Assembly (NCBI GenBank): GCA_001567515.1
Contig: LLEV01000006.1
Span: forward strand, 69,039 to 133,038
Length of the DNA stretch: 64,000 nt
Direction: 5' to 3'
From: Microgenomates bacterium OLB22
GTDB taxonomy: Bacteria > Patescibacteriota > Microgenomatia > UBA1406 > HO2-37-13b
Every line of letters begins with the position of its first letter. Position 1 is the stretch's first letter. Positions 17,168-27,109 of this stretch are shown in pieces. The position numbers and the translations under genes were made by a program. The notes below the pieces were generated by a model. It saw nothing but the letters and a program-made list of their open reading frames with translations. It was not told the DNA's origin and made no database searches.

Positions 17168-18244
17168 ATGAATATCCAAGAACTCTTAAAAACTAAAAAT
17201 GTGATGAAAGTCTCACCCGATGAAACACTCGGAAGTGTCTTCCCTCGGTTGAGCTCATCACATGATGTCGCATTTGTATTTGATGAAAAAGACACCTATC
17301 TGGGCGTCATCAATCTCTACCATTGCATGGTGAAAAAGCAGTATCCATCTACTACTAAGGTAAGACATGCGTTGGCCCATGCCCCGAAATTGAATATCAA
17401 CGACGATATATCCAGAGCTGCACGACTCATGCGCGAATCAAAGATGTACTATCTGCCAGTCTTCTCGGCAGGGAAGTATGTTGGCGTCCTTACAGCAAAA
17501 CGTATGCTTGGAGAGGCACTCAAACAAGGACTATTTGATCTCCCCGTCACTAAGATCCTACAAAAGGCTCGAGCGCTGGTCATAGTCTCTGAGAAGGCAT
17601 CTGTAGGTGAAGCTCTCAACAAATATAAAGAAAAGAAGGTATCAAAACTAATGGTCACGGACCAGGAGGGGAAGCTGGCCGGTATTCTTTCCTACTATGA
17701 TCTTGGTGATCTGGTAATGACTCCAAAAGAGAGGCAGTCTTCAGGGAGTCGTACAGGAGAGAAACTAAAGAGCAGTGAAGCCCCCGTAAAGCCTTATGTC
17801 AACACGAAAGTTTATACCATTTCCGGAACAGCTCGGATTGAGGATGCAGCACGTATTATGACTGATCACGAGGTAGGAAGTGTGGTGGTAGTCTGGCCAG
17901 AGAGGACACCACGTGGCATCATCACTATGCGAGACTTACTTGATTTAGTCGCTGGGACAGGTAAACCACTTTTGTTCCAGTATGGCATATCAGGCATCAG
18001 CGACACATCGCGCGAGTATGTGCAGCGCTTTGTGACTGGCATCACAAATTATGTCCGTACGATCAGCCCACTCAAAAATATCATGGTCCGTGTTCGTGAA
18101 ACGAAGGGAGGACAGCGTTATGAGGCTAGCGTCGAGCTAAAAGAAAGAGGTAAATCCACTGTCATTAAAAAAGAGGGTATCAATCTCCCCAAGCTGCTAC
18201 ATGATATGAAAACAGCAGTGAAGAACGCTGTAGGGAAAAAGTAG
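17168..18244 (+). CDS. Tandem CBS-domain protein with a C-terminal HPF/RaiA-like module
   Basis: Repeated CBS-type segments ('YLPVFSAGKYVGVLT', 'KLMVTDQEGKLAGILSYYDL', 'GSVVVVWPERTPRGIITMRDLL'). The C-terminal about 90 aa, 'ISGISDTSREYVQRF...YEASVELKERGKSTVIKKEGINLPKLLHDMKTAVKN', resembles the ribosome-hibernation-factor fold pattern. Confidence 0.5.
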   Translation: MNIQELLKTKNVMKVSPDETLGSVFPRLSSSHDVAFVFDEKDTYLGVINLYHCMVKKQYPSTTKVRHALAHAPKLNINDDISRAARLMRESKMYYLPVFSAGKYVGVLTAKRMLGEALKQGLFDLPVTKILQKARALVIVSEKASVGEALNKYKEKKVSKLMVTDQEGKLAGILSYYDLGDLVMTPKERQSSGSRTGEKLKSSEAPVKPYVNTKVYTISGTARIEDAARIMTDHEVGSVVVVWPERTPRGIITMRDLLDLVAGTGKPLLFQYGISGISDTSREYVQRFVTGITNYVRTISPLKNIMVRVRETKGGQRYEASVELKERGKSTVIKKEGINLPKLLHDMKTAVKNAVGKK

Positions 18245-18280
18245 CTTAACACATCCACACAAGCTATACTATGTGCCACA

Positions 18281-18976
18281 ATGATAGAGCGCACCTCTGT
18301 ACCTCCAAGGGATGAGATATTGTCACTAGTTGAGCAAAGAGCCATATTCAACATTCTCCAGGGTTTTGTTGACCCACAGGAAGGATTCCGTTTTTCTATC
18401 CATCACACAAGGGCGGGGCTTTCTATTACACCGACCTTCGGTGAGTATCTTTGTGCAATATCCGGGATCAGAGGAAGAGGTCGCATAGCTGACGAAATTG
18501 TGCCTGCTCTTGCAGCATCAACAGCCTATGAAGGTAAGGTCCCCGAACTCATTTTCCAGGCTGCTCACATCGAAGACCTATTGATTATACTTACCACAGC
18601 CCAAAGGATCGAAGGTGTAGAACGCGGCCTCTATCCATCCCAGAAGCGCATGGTGAGGTACCGAAGCGATTCTTGCACGCTATCGGACAAAGCACTTTTG
18701 GAGACGTATGCATATTTAGCAGGCCATTCTAGTCTGCTGTTTCGGATGGGGCAAGAGGTACAGGGTGGTGCAAGAGTGCGAATCAACGACTATGCACATC
18801 ATATCTTAGAACATCGCCAGTTTGTACCAGCTGTGCATAATGTAGCGATGCAAGGGAAGGGTTTGCCACGTCGTCACAGCGTAGAGTCGTTGGCACTCTT
18901 GCTTCACAGGATGATGCAGTTGAGGCTACAGCAAAAGTGTGGACATATGGCCCATTTTGACTTTGAATTTTCCTGA
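18281..18976 (+). CDS. Hypothetical protein
   Basis: 231-aa ORF with ordinary codon appearance. No motif recognised. Confidence 0.45.
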   Translation: MIERTSVPPRDEILSLVEQRAIFNILQGFVDPQEGFRFSIHHTRAGLSITPTFGEYLCAISGIRGRGRIADEIVPALAASTAYEGKVPELIFQAAHIEDLLIILTTAQRIEGVERGLYPSQKRMVRYRSDSCTLSDKALLETYAYLAGHSSLLFRMGQEVQGGARVRINDYAHHILEHRQFVPAVHNVAMQGKGLPRRHSVESLALLLHRMMQLRLQQKCGHMAHFDFEFS

Positions 18977-18997
18977 TAGGCTGCGTATACTTAGACC

Positions 18998-19789
18998 ATG
19001 TTACCAGTACTTATACATATTGGTTTTCTCAAGATATATTCGTTTGGCGTTTTTGTGGTGCTTGCACTCTTATGGGGGATGTTTTTTGTATGGAAATATG
19101 TAAAGCTCACTGCCCTTAAGGAGGAGGAAGTATTCGATATGGTCTTCGTAGGGATACTTAGTGGGGCCATAATCTCTCGACTCCTCTACGTCTTACTGCA
19201 CTGGTCGCAGTTTGGTCTTGATATCTCCCGCATCATCCTCATTAATGGTTATCCTGGGCTTTCACTCTATGGATTTCTATTTGGTTTTTTAGGAAGCCTG
19301 TATTTGTTGATGGAGCGTAAGAAAATTAGGTTTATTGAGACAATTGATTATGTTATCCCTGGCCTGTTCCTTGCTCTATCGATAGGTAAGCTGGGTAGCT
19401 TTATCGGGGGAATAGACGTCGGGTCGCAGACCACATTTTTCTTATCAGTATTGTACCCTGGCTATGAGGGCCTGCGTCATATAACTGCGGTCTATGAGGC
19501 GCTCTTGTACCTAATATTCTTCATTATCAGTCAACAGATACTCTTTTCTATCCGCAGAGAACGGTTCCATGACGGATTTCTTATCGTTTTCTTCACATGG
19601 AGCGTCTCTCTGATTACTCTTTCTCTTGACACTCTAAAAGACAATCAAGTATACTGGGGATCGTTTTCATCTAATGGGTTGATCTCGATAGTATTGCTTG
19701 TGGTAACAACCATCTATGGGGTCTATTATTGGAGGAAGCAATTAGTACAGATCGTTACATCAATTTCAAGAAAACTAAAAAAAGCATGA
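18998..19789 (+). CDS. lgt: Prolipoprotein diacylglyceryl transferase
   Basis: Multi-TM protein. 'GKLGSFIGG' and 'RHITAVYEALLYLIFF' parallel the Lgt motifs GR(I/L)GNF and RHPTQLYE. Confidence 0.65.
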   Translation: MLPVLIHIGFLKIYSFGVFVVLALLWGMFFVWKYVKLTALKEEEVFDMVFVGILSGAIISRLLYVLLHWSQFGLDISRIILINGYPGLSLYGFLFGFLGSLYLLMERKKIRFIETIDYVIPGLFLALSIGKLGSFIGGIDVGSQTTFFLSVLYPGYEGLRHITAVYEALLYLIFFIISQQILFSIRRERFHDGFLIVFFTWSVSLITLSLDTLKDNQVYWGSFSSNGLISIVLLVVTTIYGVYYWRKQLVQIVTSISRKLKKA

Positions 19790-20136
19790 CAGCAGTATTC
19801 GATAAAAAACAGCTCCAGGAGTTTAAAAACCTATTAGTAAGCAAACAGAAGAGCCTTGAAAAAGACATTGATCAGCTTAAAAAATCAGATCCCTTTGTAG
19901 ACCCAGCTCGACTCATCGATAATGCTCTTGAAGATGATGTCCAGGAGCAAGGTGACCATGAACGAATCCAGTCAGAGATCCAAAATCTACAGACACAATT
20001 AGCACTTGTGGAGCATGCCCTTCGAAAGACCGACGGAGATACCTATGGTATCTGTGAAAAGTCCGGAGAGCAGATCCCCGTAGAGCGACTTCGTCTTGTA
20101 CCAGAGGCTCGCTGCAAAGTAGAGTATGAGGACTAA
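19786..20136 (+). CDS. DksA/TraR-family zinc-finger protein (degenerate Cys set)
   Basis: From 'MTAVFDKKQL' (ATGA overlap with the lgt stop). Coiled-coil N-terminus and 'GICEKSGEQIPVERLRLVPEARC'. Confidence 0.5.
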   Translation: MTAVFDKKQLQEFKNLLVSKQKSLEKDIDQLKKSDPFVDPARLIDNALEDDVQEQGDHERIQSEIQNLQTQLALVEHALRKTDGDTYGICEKSGEQIPVERLRLVPEARCKVEYED

Positions 20137-20228
20137 CCTCTTTCCTAAGCAATAAATTTCCTTTATAGTGATAGCTATGCCTGAGCTGTCAATACAGACG
20201 ATAGTGCAGATACTTTCTTTTTTTATCC

Positions 20229-21906
20229 ATGCCGCTTTTATGTGGGTATTTTGCGGTGCGATTTAGGTCGCCAACAGTTATTGGCTATATCATCGCTGGC
20301 TTTTTTATAGCCTTACTTAAAGAAGCTGATGTCTCTTCAGTTGTATCTTTCTTTGCTAATTTAGGACTCTTACTGCTGCTTTTTACATTAGGACTCGAAT
20401 TGGACATAACTACTCTGCGTAGACATGGCCGGGTGGTCGTATTAGCGGGCTTATTACAGGTAGGTCTTACTACAGTTGGAACGATATGCCTTTTGGCATT
20501 TTTTAACTTTAATCTCACTACTGCATTGTTACTGGGGTTTGCTTTGTCACTTTCTTCTACAGCGGTTGTGTCCAAGATCATACAGGAGCGAGGAGATGAA
20601 CACACACTACCGGGTCAGCTGGCTATAGGTATCCTCATTCTGCAAGACATAGTTGCAATCCCAGCTATACTTGTGATCTCATCATACAACCCCGATCTAG
20701 CCAAGCCTGATCTCTTCATAGCAGTATCTGCCTCCGTGTTGAAATCGATAGGTATCCTAGGCCTTATGTACGTATTTGGGGAGCGCGTCATCCCACAAGT
20801 CTTTGAAAAACTAGGAAAGGTCTCACGAGAGCTTATGAACTTGTTTACTATTGTATTTATCTTTCTACTTGTAGGGATATTTCGTTATTTAGGTCTTTCT
20901 ACGGGACTAGCTGCATTTTTCTGCAGGACTCTTGATCGGACAAACGGCACAGCACTATCATATCTTTTCCCAGATACGCCCACTACGAGATGTCTTTGTA
21001 ATACTATTTTTTGTCTTCTTAGGGGTAAGTACCAACCTGGGATTATTAGCACATCAGTGGGTGAGCATAGTCATATTTTCCCTCTGCCTGGTACTTCTCA
21101 AGATAGCCATCATGATCGTTGTGCTCACTAAGATGAAATATAACTCTCGTACAGTTTTCTCAGTTGGGCTCTTTTTGTCCCAAGTTGGAGAGTTTGCCTT
21201 TATCTTGTTAAGGGAGGGGCATATGAAAGGGCTTATCTCGGCAGATGCCATGGCATTTGGGACAGGTGTGAGCTTGATGACTCTGTTAATCTCACCGTAT
21301 CTTATTCAGCACCATTTGTTTTTATATAGACACGTACGTAGTATCATAAAAAATCATGTTCCTTTGCTAGAGGAATTCATCGCCTATCGTATTGATAGAG
21401 AGGGGAGTGCCTCTCGAGGTATAGCTACAGCGCATACCGATCATGTGATCTTGTGTGGGTATGGACGGGTAGGGAGCTATGTAGGAAGGGCCCTTACACT
21501 CTCGAATGTGCCGTTTTGTGCTATTGATTACAATCAGCACATAGTACAAAAGGAGAGACAGGCTGGTACGGATATCATATACGGTGATCCAACGAGTGTC
21601 GACATACTCGATATGGCAGGAGTAAAAGAGGCAAAAGCTCTTATCATCGCTCTTCCAGACAATTTTTCTCAAGAACTAGTCTTGCTTTCAGCCAGGAAGA
21701 AAAATCCAAAGATCATGATCTTTGCACGTGTTAGGCAGAAGGATGAGCAGCTGAGGCTAAAGTCACTTGGAGCAGATGTAGTCATCCAACCTGAGTTTGA
21801 GGCGGCACTTTCACTCGTGAAGAAAATTATGCTTGCAAAACATATGAATGCCGAGGATATCCAGGGTAAGATCAAACGCTTAAAAATAGAACATGGTATG
21901 GCCTGA
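20229..21906 (+). pseudogene. Kef-type cation:proton antiporter with C-terminal RCK/TrkA-N domain, frameshifted
   Basis: Transporter TM helices in 20229..21131 continue in 20932..21906 ('AGLLIGQTAQHYHIFSQIRPLRDVF'). Rossmann-like 'HVILCGYGRVGSYVG'. A single extra base at or beside the T5 run 20916-20920 separates the frames. Confidence 0.7.
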
Positions 21907-22871
21907 TGAGAAAACGCCGTAGGAACCAACGCATCCTTCAAATACCACACTATCCTAAGTGGGTCTTCATATTTATAGGCGCGTTACTTCTTTATATCCT
22001 TCTCGTAGTGGCCCGATCAATTGGAGATCGAGTTACCTTTTTTGATCATGATAGAGTAAATGTTCTTTTTTATGGGGCTGAGCCTCGGGTCTTATCATTG
22101 GGTATAGGTGATGCGGGCAACTATGTCCTCTACTTTGATCCCTCGACCGAAGTTTATACTGTTGGTGGATATGGGTACTATCGCATCGGATCTTTAGAAA
22201 AGCTGGCACAGATAGAGAAAGATTATGATCTATTGCGGAGGACTCTAGCTTCTGCACTTTCGACAGATATTGACTACTACTTCAGTCCTAAGGAGACAGT
22301 GATCTATGACGGAGACACCTCTGCGACCAATCTGGATAAGTTTTCCCTCATTAGAAACATTTTGAGTATCCATGAACGGACAAATGCTCATCTACTGGAT
22401 AGAATATTCCTGGCGTGGGTTGTCCTGACTCATAAGCAAGTTGACTTTGTAGAGTTGAAGACCTCCTTCCTGGAGAAAAGCTCGAGCGGAAACCGCTTTC
22501 AAGAGGCTGAGTTTGCACGATATTACAAAGGTTTTTTCTATGAGCGGACACTGCGAGAAGGTAGGAGTGAACTGAAGATCCTATACAACGGGTCGTTTAA
22601 AAGCGCTACCACTCTCTCTCGTATCTTAGAGGGGCAGGGGATACGAGTAGTCGACATTGCACGGCATGATGATCAGAAACAGGACCAGTGTCTCCTCCTT
22701 GTAGATGAAAATCTAGTCCCCCCAAAGTCATTTCTCTCACCGACGGGCAAACTACCACTCGTGGCGGCTTTCATTAGAGATGAGCTGCATTGTGCAGTAC
22801 GAGTGACAAGCCTAGATGATGCTGATATGTACTTATTAGTAGGGAAGCGCCTAGAAGAGTTATGGAAATAG
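21906..22871 (+). CDS. Membrane-anchored protein, weakly LytR/CpsA/Psr-like
   Basis: N-terminal TM helix. 'VNVLFYGAEPRVLSLGI...DIDYYF' loosely follows the LCP pattern. Weak call. Confidence 0.35.
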   Translation: MRKRRRNQRILQIPHYPKWVFIFIGALLLYILLVVARSIGDRVTFFDHDRVNVLFYGAEPRVLSLGIGDAGNYVLYFDPSTEVYTVGGYGYYRIGSLEKLAQIEKDYDLLRRTLASALSTDIDYYFSPKETVIYDGDTSATNLDKFSLIRNILSIHERTNAHLLDRIFLAWVVLTHKQVDFVELKTSFLEKSSSGNRFQEAEFARYYKGFFYERTLREGRSELKILYNGSFKSATTLSRILEGQGIRVVDIARHDDQKQDQCLLLVDENLVPPKSFLSPTGKLPLVAAFIRDELHCAVRVTSLDDADMYLLVGKRLEELWK

Positions 22872-23053
22872 AAAATATATGTGGATACTAGTGGGACTCC
22901 TTGTCGTGATCGCTTTCTATGGAGCACTTTATTCAATGCGCGAGTTTGATGAGATCAGTAAACTAGAAAAGCATCACAAGATAAAACGTAGCAGAGGGAA
23001 AATCATCATCTTAAAGGATCGCATTATCCACAGAAAAATGAAAAGTTACTGAT

Positions 23054-23734
23054 TTACTCATCCTCATCTTCGTGTATCCTGTGAAAGCCTGGCATATAGT
23101 CATCCTCATCTTCCATGGCTTGGGCTAAGGTTTCTAGATCGGTTGCTTCTTCGTGCTCTTCAAGATGTTCCTCTTCGTACTCAGAGTCTTGTTCTGTGTC
23201 ATTTGTAGCTTGTTCGTTTGGTGATTCGTCTACTTGATCTTCAGTCCCTTCGAGTTGAGCATCTGGGTCCTTGGGAGCACCTTCATCGGTCTCGCTATCT
23301 ACAGAGTCTGCCTCGGGTGGAGATGTATGCATCATGGCCTTGAGATCATCCTGTATGTTTTGAGGGAATGAAAGGTAGAGTTGTGCTTTTGGAGTTTTAA
23401 ATTGTTCCTTGATAAAGACGTCCACACTATTTTTTGTTGCTGCCTTTATATAGCACGAATACGTCGACTTCATCTCTAGAAAAAAAATAAGCCTCTTAGA
23501 AATGTCATCAGGTAATGCTCCAATATATTCATTGTTTACCGTACGGACTTCTACACGACGCTTCTTTATCTGTAGGTATACTTCTTCACCAACTTCTAGA
23601 TTTACCAGGACATCTGCTTGGCCAATATGAACAAGATGAGTTATCTTAGTCTTCCCAGCAACATTGATAAATTGATCAGCAGTGATAGTGTTCTTAGGGG
23701 TTCCATTGTTAGTGCTCTTTGTATCTTTCTTCAT
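23054..23734 (-). CDS. Hypothetical protein with highly acidic C-terminal tail
   Basis: 226 aa. The last about 90 residues are rich in D/E. Confidence 0.45.
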   Translation of the reverse strand: MKKDTKSTNNGTPKNTITADQFINVAGKTKITHLVHIGQADVLVNLEVGEEVYLQIKKRRVEVRTVNNEYIGALPDDISKRLIFFLEMKSTYSCYIKAATKNSVDVFIKEQFKTPKAQLYLSFPQNIQDDLKAMMHTSPPEADSVDSETDEGAPKDPDAQLEGTEDQVDESPNEQATNDTEQDSEYEEEHLEEHEEATDLETLAQAMEDEDDYMPGFHRIHEDEDE

Positions 23735-23990
23735 GAGTATCTCTGCTTTCTCGAGGTTGTTTTTTTGCTATCTGATTTGTAGGCTCTATCTTAAGTGCCT
23801 TTCGGTAAAACGTAGCAGCTTTCTTGTAGTCATCCTTTTGTAAATAAGCAAAAGCTATCCCTAATAGGGAATCGATGTACTCGGGATCCTGTTGAATAAT
23901 TTGTTCGTGAAGATTGACAGCCTCATCCCAACGTGAGTCGACTGCCGCTTCTATGGCTTTCTCGTAAAGTTTTTCTTTGTGTAGGTTCAT
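23709..23990 (-). CDS. Small TPR-repeat protein
   Basis: Only the part from 'MNLHKEKLYEKAIEAA' (ATG at 23990) is credible. 'AFAYLQKDDYKKAATFYRKALKIEP' is a TPR signature. The upstream part of track ORF 23709..24431 is antisense to yebC. Confidence 0.55.
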   Translation of the reverse strand: MNLHKEKLYEKAIEAAVDSRWDEAVNLHEQIIQQDPEYIDSLLGIAFAYLQKDDYKKAATFYRKALKIEPTNQIAKKQPRESRDTHEERYKEH

Positions 23991-24084
23991 AGGATATGAT
24001 AGTAATATAAAACCGAGCAAGTATAAAGTGGGAAGTTCGGTAATGCAAGTCAGTGAGTATTTGTACTGTATACTACATTTCGTT

Positions 24085-24795
24085 ATGGCTGGACATTCTA
24101 AATGGGCAAATATAAAACATAAGAAGGAGCTCAACGATGCTAAAAGAGGAGCGCTCTTCACCAAGTTAGTACGTGGTATTACCATGGCTGTAAAAGAGGG
24201 TGGAGGAGGTGACCCTGCGACCAATGTTGGACTTCGTATAGCTATTGAACGTGCAAAGCTCGCCAATATGCCCCGTATAAATATAGAGCGTGCTATCGCA
24301 AAAGCAATAGGGGAGGGTGGGGATGCCCTCAATGAGGTATTGTATGAAGCCATTGGTCCTGGAGGGGTAGCGTGTATAATACCTGCATTCACTGATAACG
24401 CTAATAGAACTTCAGCACTCATACGCAACACCTGTGAAAAAAATGGTGGGAAGATGGCAGGGCAGGGCGCTGTTTCCTATATGTTTGATCGTTGTGGGAT
24501 AGTGACTATGTCAACAAAGGATGTGACAGAGGAGAAAGCTTTCCAGGTCGCTGAACAACTTGAAGCAGTGGAGATAAGCTCAGAAGGCGACCTGTATATC
24601 ATTACCATCCCATTCACAAAACTATCTGCTGTGGAGCTGGTATTAGGAGACATTCCGCATTCTGTCGATACCTATTATCGTCCTACTATAGAAGTCCACA
24701 TTGATCAGGGTATGGCAGCCAAAGTGGAGCAGTTTACTGAGGCGTTAGAGGAGTTAGAGGACGTGGAAAAAGTGTATACTAATGAAACAACCTAA
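24085..24795 (+). CDS. yebC: YebC/PmpR-family transcriptional regulator
   Basis: Starts 'MAGHSKWANIKHKK' (ATG at 24085) and shows family-typical conservation throughout. Confidence 0.9.
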   Translation: MAGHSKWANIKHKKELNDAKRGALFTKLVRGITMAVKEGGGGDPATNVGLRIAIERAKLANMPRINIERAIAKAIGEGGDALNEVLYEAIGPGGVACIIPAFTDNANRTSALIRNTCEKNGGKMAGQGAVSYMFDRCGIVTMSTKDVTEEKAFQVAEQLEAVEISSEGDLYIITIPFTKLSAVELVLGDIPHSVDTYYRPTIEVHIDQGMAAKVEQFTEALEELEDVEKVYTNETT

Positions 24796-24804
24796 CTATC
24801 ACTC

Positions 24805-25659
24805 ATGAAAGCTATTTCTATCCCCTCATTACTAGGTCGTATTGGTAAAAGACAACGATTCATATTATCGACAGCTCTGGCCACCATCTGTTTTATCTCT
24901 GCAAGTTTTAACTCATTTTCGCATATCCCATTTGTCCTGCCTATCTTGATGGTCCTGCTTTATGGTCTTATCTGGATAGCAATCCTTGAAGGTATCCATA
25001 GGCTTGAATGGTTTCTACTATTTATTGTCCCTCTTTATTTCACTGTTAGTCTCTTCTTGTTTTACTACTTTCTCCCACAACGATGGCTGACGAGATTACC
25101 CTTAGCACTGATTTACTCAGTTTCATTTTATGCGCTCTTGCTATGCCAAAACATATTTAACGTAGGTGTGGAGAAGAGTCTTCAGCTCTTTAGGGCAGCT
25201 TTTGCGGTGAACTACCTCTATGTGACAATAACGCTCTTCTTGATTACCAGTAGTATCCTCAGCTTTGGGTTACCGTTCTATGCCAATGGTGTTCTCTTGT
25301 TTCTATGTACATTCCCACTTGCGTTGCAATTTCTCTGGTCTGTAAATCCCGAAGAGCAATTGGAAAAACAACTGATCTATATGGCCTGTGGTATAGCTAT
25401 CCTAGTAGGGGAGGTTGGGTGGTTTTTGTCCTTTATACCAGTTAACTCGTCCATCATTGCTCTAGTGGCAACAGGAGTCTTCTATAGTGTTAGCGGGTTA
25501 TCTCAGGCATATCTGCTTGATAGACTTTTTTCAGCAAAAGACGAGGGAATATGTCTTTGTGCTCATCTTTGTACTAGTCTTGTTCCTACTCTCTATCAGG
25601 TGGTAGGAATCTGTGTTACATTTAGCGACGTCCAAGAAAGCATGTTAAGTTATTACTGA
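24805..25659 (+). CDS. Hypothetical polytopic membrane protein (C-terminus possibly frameshifted)
   Basis: About 8 hydrophobic helices. After the T6 run at 25526-25531 the +1 frame encodes a more plausible last helix, 'YVFVLIFVLVLFLLSIRW', with a stop at 25604-25606. Confidence 0.5.
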   Translation: MKAISIPSLLGRIGKRQRFILSTALATICFISASFNSFSHIPFVLPILMVLLYGLIWIAILEGIHRLEWFLLFIVPLYFTVSLFLFYYFLPQRWLTRLPLALIYSVSFYALLLCQNIFNVGVEKSLQLFRAAFAVNYLYVTITLFLITSSILSFGLPFYANGVLLFLCTFPLALQFLWSVNPEEQLEKQLIYMACGIAILVGEVGWFLSFIPVNSSIIALVATGVFYSVSGLSQAYLLDRLFSAKDEGICLCAHLCTSLVPTLYQVVGICVTFSDVQESMLSYY

Positions 25660-26524
25660 TCCTTGTCTCTAGCGGTTTTATGTCTCTGTTTGAGTAAAAT
25701 GTAGAAAAGCTTTGACATAGGTAGAAGCAAGGCAGGGTAGAGGGAAGTAGCAGAGAAGAGTGGTGGCCTATAATATATTATCCCATAATACATATCCTAT
25801 AGTTTTCTAATAAACACACGTCCGTTAGGGAAGGGTGTGGATAACTATAACGAACGTATTTTTTTCGTACTATCCCTCCTGGCTTCTGCTTCACCAGTAA
25901 ATAAGCACAAAAATAAAAGAATTGACTGTCAAAACAAGCCAAATAAATCATATGTAACCACTCCCGGGAAGGGGCTCTTGCCCTTTGGCTTAGGTTTCGC
26001 TCACTTATGACTAGCAGCCGCCAGATATGGTGCTAGTAAGTGTTAGACCGGCAGTAAGGTACTTCTGCTTATGCTTAGTTTGTGTTGGTATTTGGTGATT
26101 TCACAGGATCAGTCCTAAGAATTGAAACGATGTGTGGACCGCGAAATGTTATCCTTGCCTACAACCATAGAGATGGCACATTTATTGGTAGATAGAAGTG
26201 ATTACATAACGTCGTAAAATGAATCTTTTACGACGTCTACACTCTCCAACGAAGGGGAGCTTGTGATTTTTACTTTCGACTATTATTGACTAATTCTTCC
26301 CTATTTGACTATGTTCGTATTTCAGACCCCCTCTCTAGCTCCTCTATTTATCAATTAATCAAAATATCTCAAGAAGTCTACTATGGGCCTTGATAAAATT
26401 AGATTTATATTGTCACAAGGGGCAAATCCTTCCCTACCCCGTTGCAAAGACAGAAGAGAATCATCAGTTGATTTTTATTTTCTCCTTTGTGACAATGAAA
26501 TGAGTACTCTATACAAGACACAAC

Positions 26525-27109
26525 ATGAATTACACTCCACTACCAGAAGGGCTGTCTTCTATTAACGAATCTCCTGTACATAGGGGAGTGGCATCACACA
26601 CCTTAGTCACGGGTCTCAAGGGGCTGGTTGTGGTCGTACTTACGGTTGCGGCTGGGCTTTCTACAGCAACCCTCATCCGTAATGCGGTAACGTTGCAAAA
26701 TAAGGCAGAAGAACAAAATCAGGTTGCTATGTGTACTGGACAAGGTGGAGTCGTCTGGGACGGTCAGACGTGTCCGGATGGTGCACAGGAGGTCAATAAG
26801 ATCGTTACTCAGATCGCTGCATCAAGCCAGGACGCCACATCACCATCTGATGGGACCGTAACTGTGCCGCAGGATGGTACTGCTAGTGGCGATGGTATAT
26901 CTAGCAGTTTACAGCCCGCTACACGCGTTCAACTTTGTTGCAAACTACATACCACACTACCTACGACATCAAAAGAAGATACTACACCGGTCGAACCTAC
27001 ACCGTCACCAAGTGTTTCGGAGCCAGCTCCAACTGAAGCGGAGCGATGTGAATTGCCAGGCATAACTACTATTTTAAGTTGTCCAGAAGGATGTAGCTCT
27101 ACGCGTTAA
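26525..27109 (+). CDS. Surface-operon gene 1: anchored Cys-containing protein with PT linker and C-terminal C..SCPxxC tail
   Basis: TM helix 'LVVVVLTVAAGLSTATLI' followed by 'LQNKAEE'. Tail 'CELPGITTILSCPEGC'. The stop abuts the next ATG. Confidence 0.55.
   Translation: MNYTPLPEGLSSINESPVHRGVASHTLVTGLKGLVVVVLTVAAGLSTATLIRNAVTLQNKAEEQNQVAMCTGQGGVVWDGQTCPDGAQEVNKIVTQIAASSQDATSPSDGTVTVPQDGTASGDGISSSLQPATRVQLCCKLHTTLPTTSKEDTTPVEPTPSPSVSEPAPTEAERCELPGITTILSCPEGCSSTR

Noticed and set aside
23991-24431. The N-terminal two thirds of track ORF 23709..24431.
   Set aside because: It is antisense to the well-supported yebC gene and low-complexity (Pro/Ser/Ala). Only the TPR part from the ATG at 23990 is kept.
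25955-26030. 'CCCGGGAAGGGG...AGCAGCCGCC', faintly reminiscent of SRP RNA helix 8.
   Set aside because: The conserved GGAA-tetraloop/AGCAGC arrangement and the symmetric loop do not line up. I could not fold a 4.5S-like hairpin.
26113-26128. 'GTCCTAAGAATTGAAAC', which resembles the 3' end of a CRISPR repeat.
   Set aside because: It is a single occurrence with no spaced repeats and no cas genes, so it is not an array.
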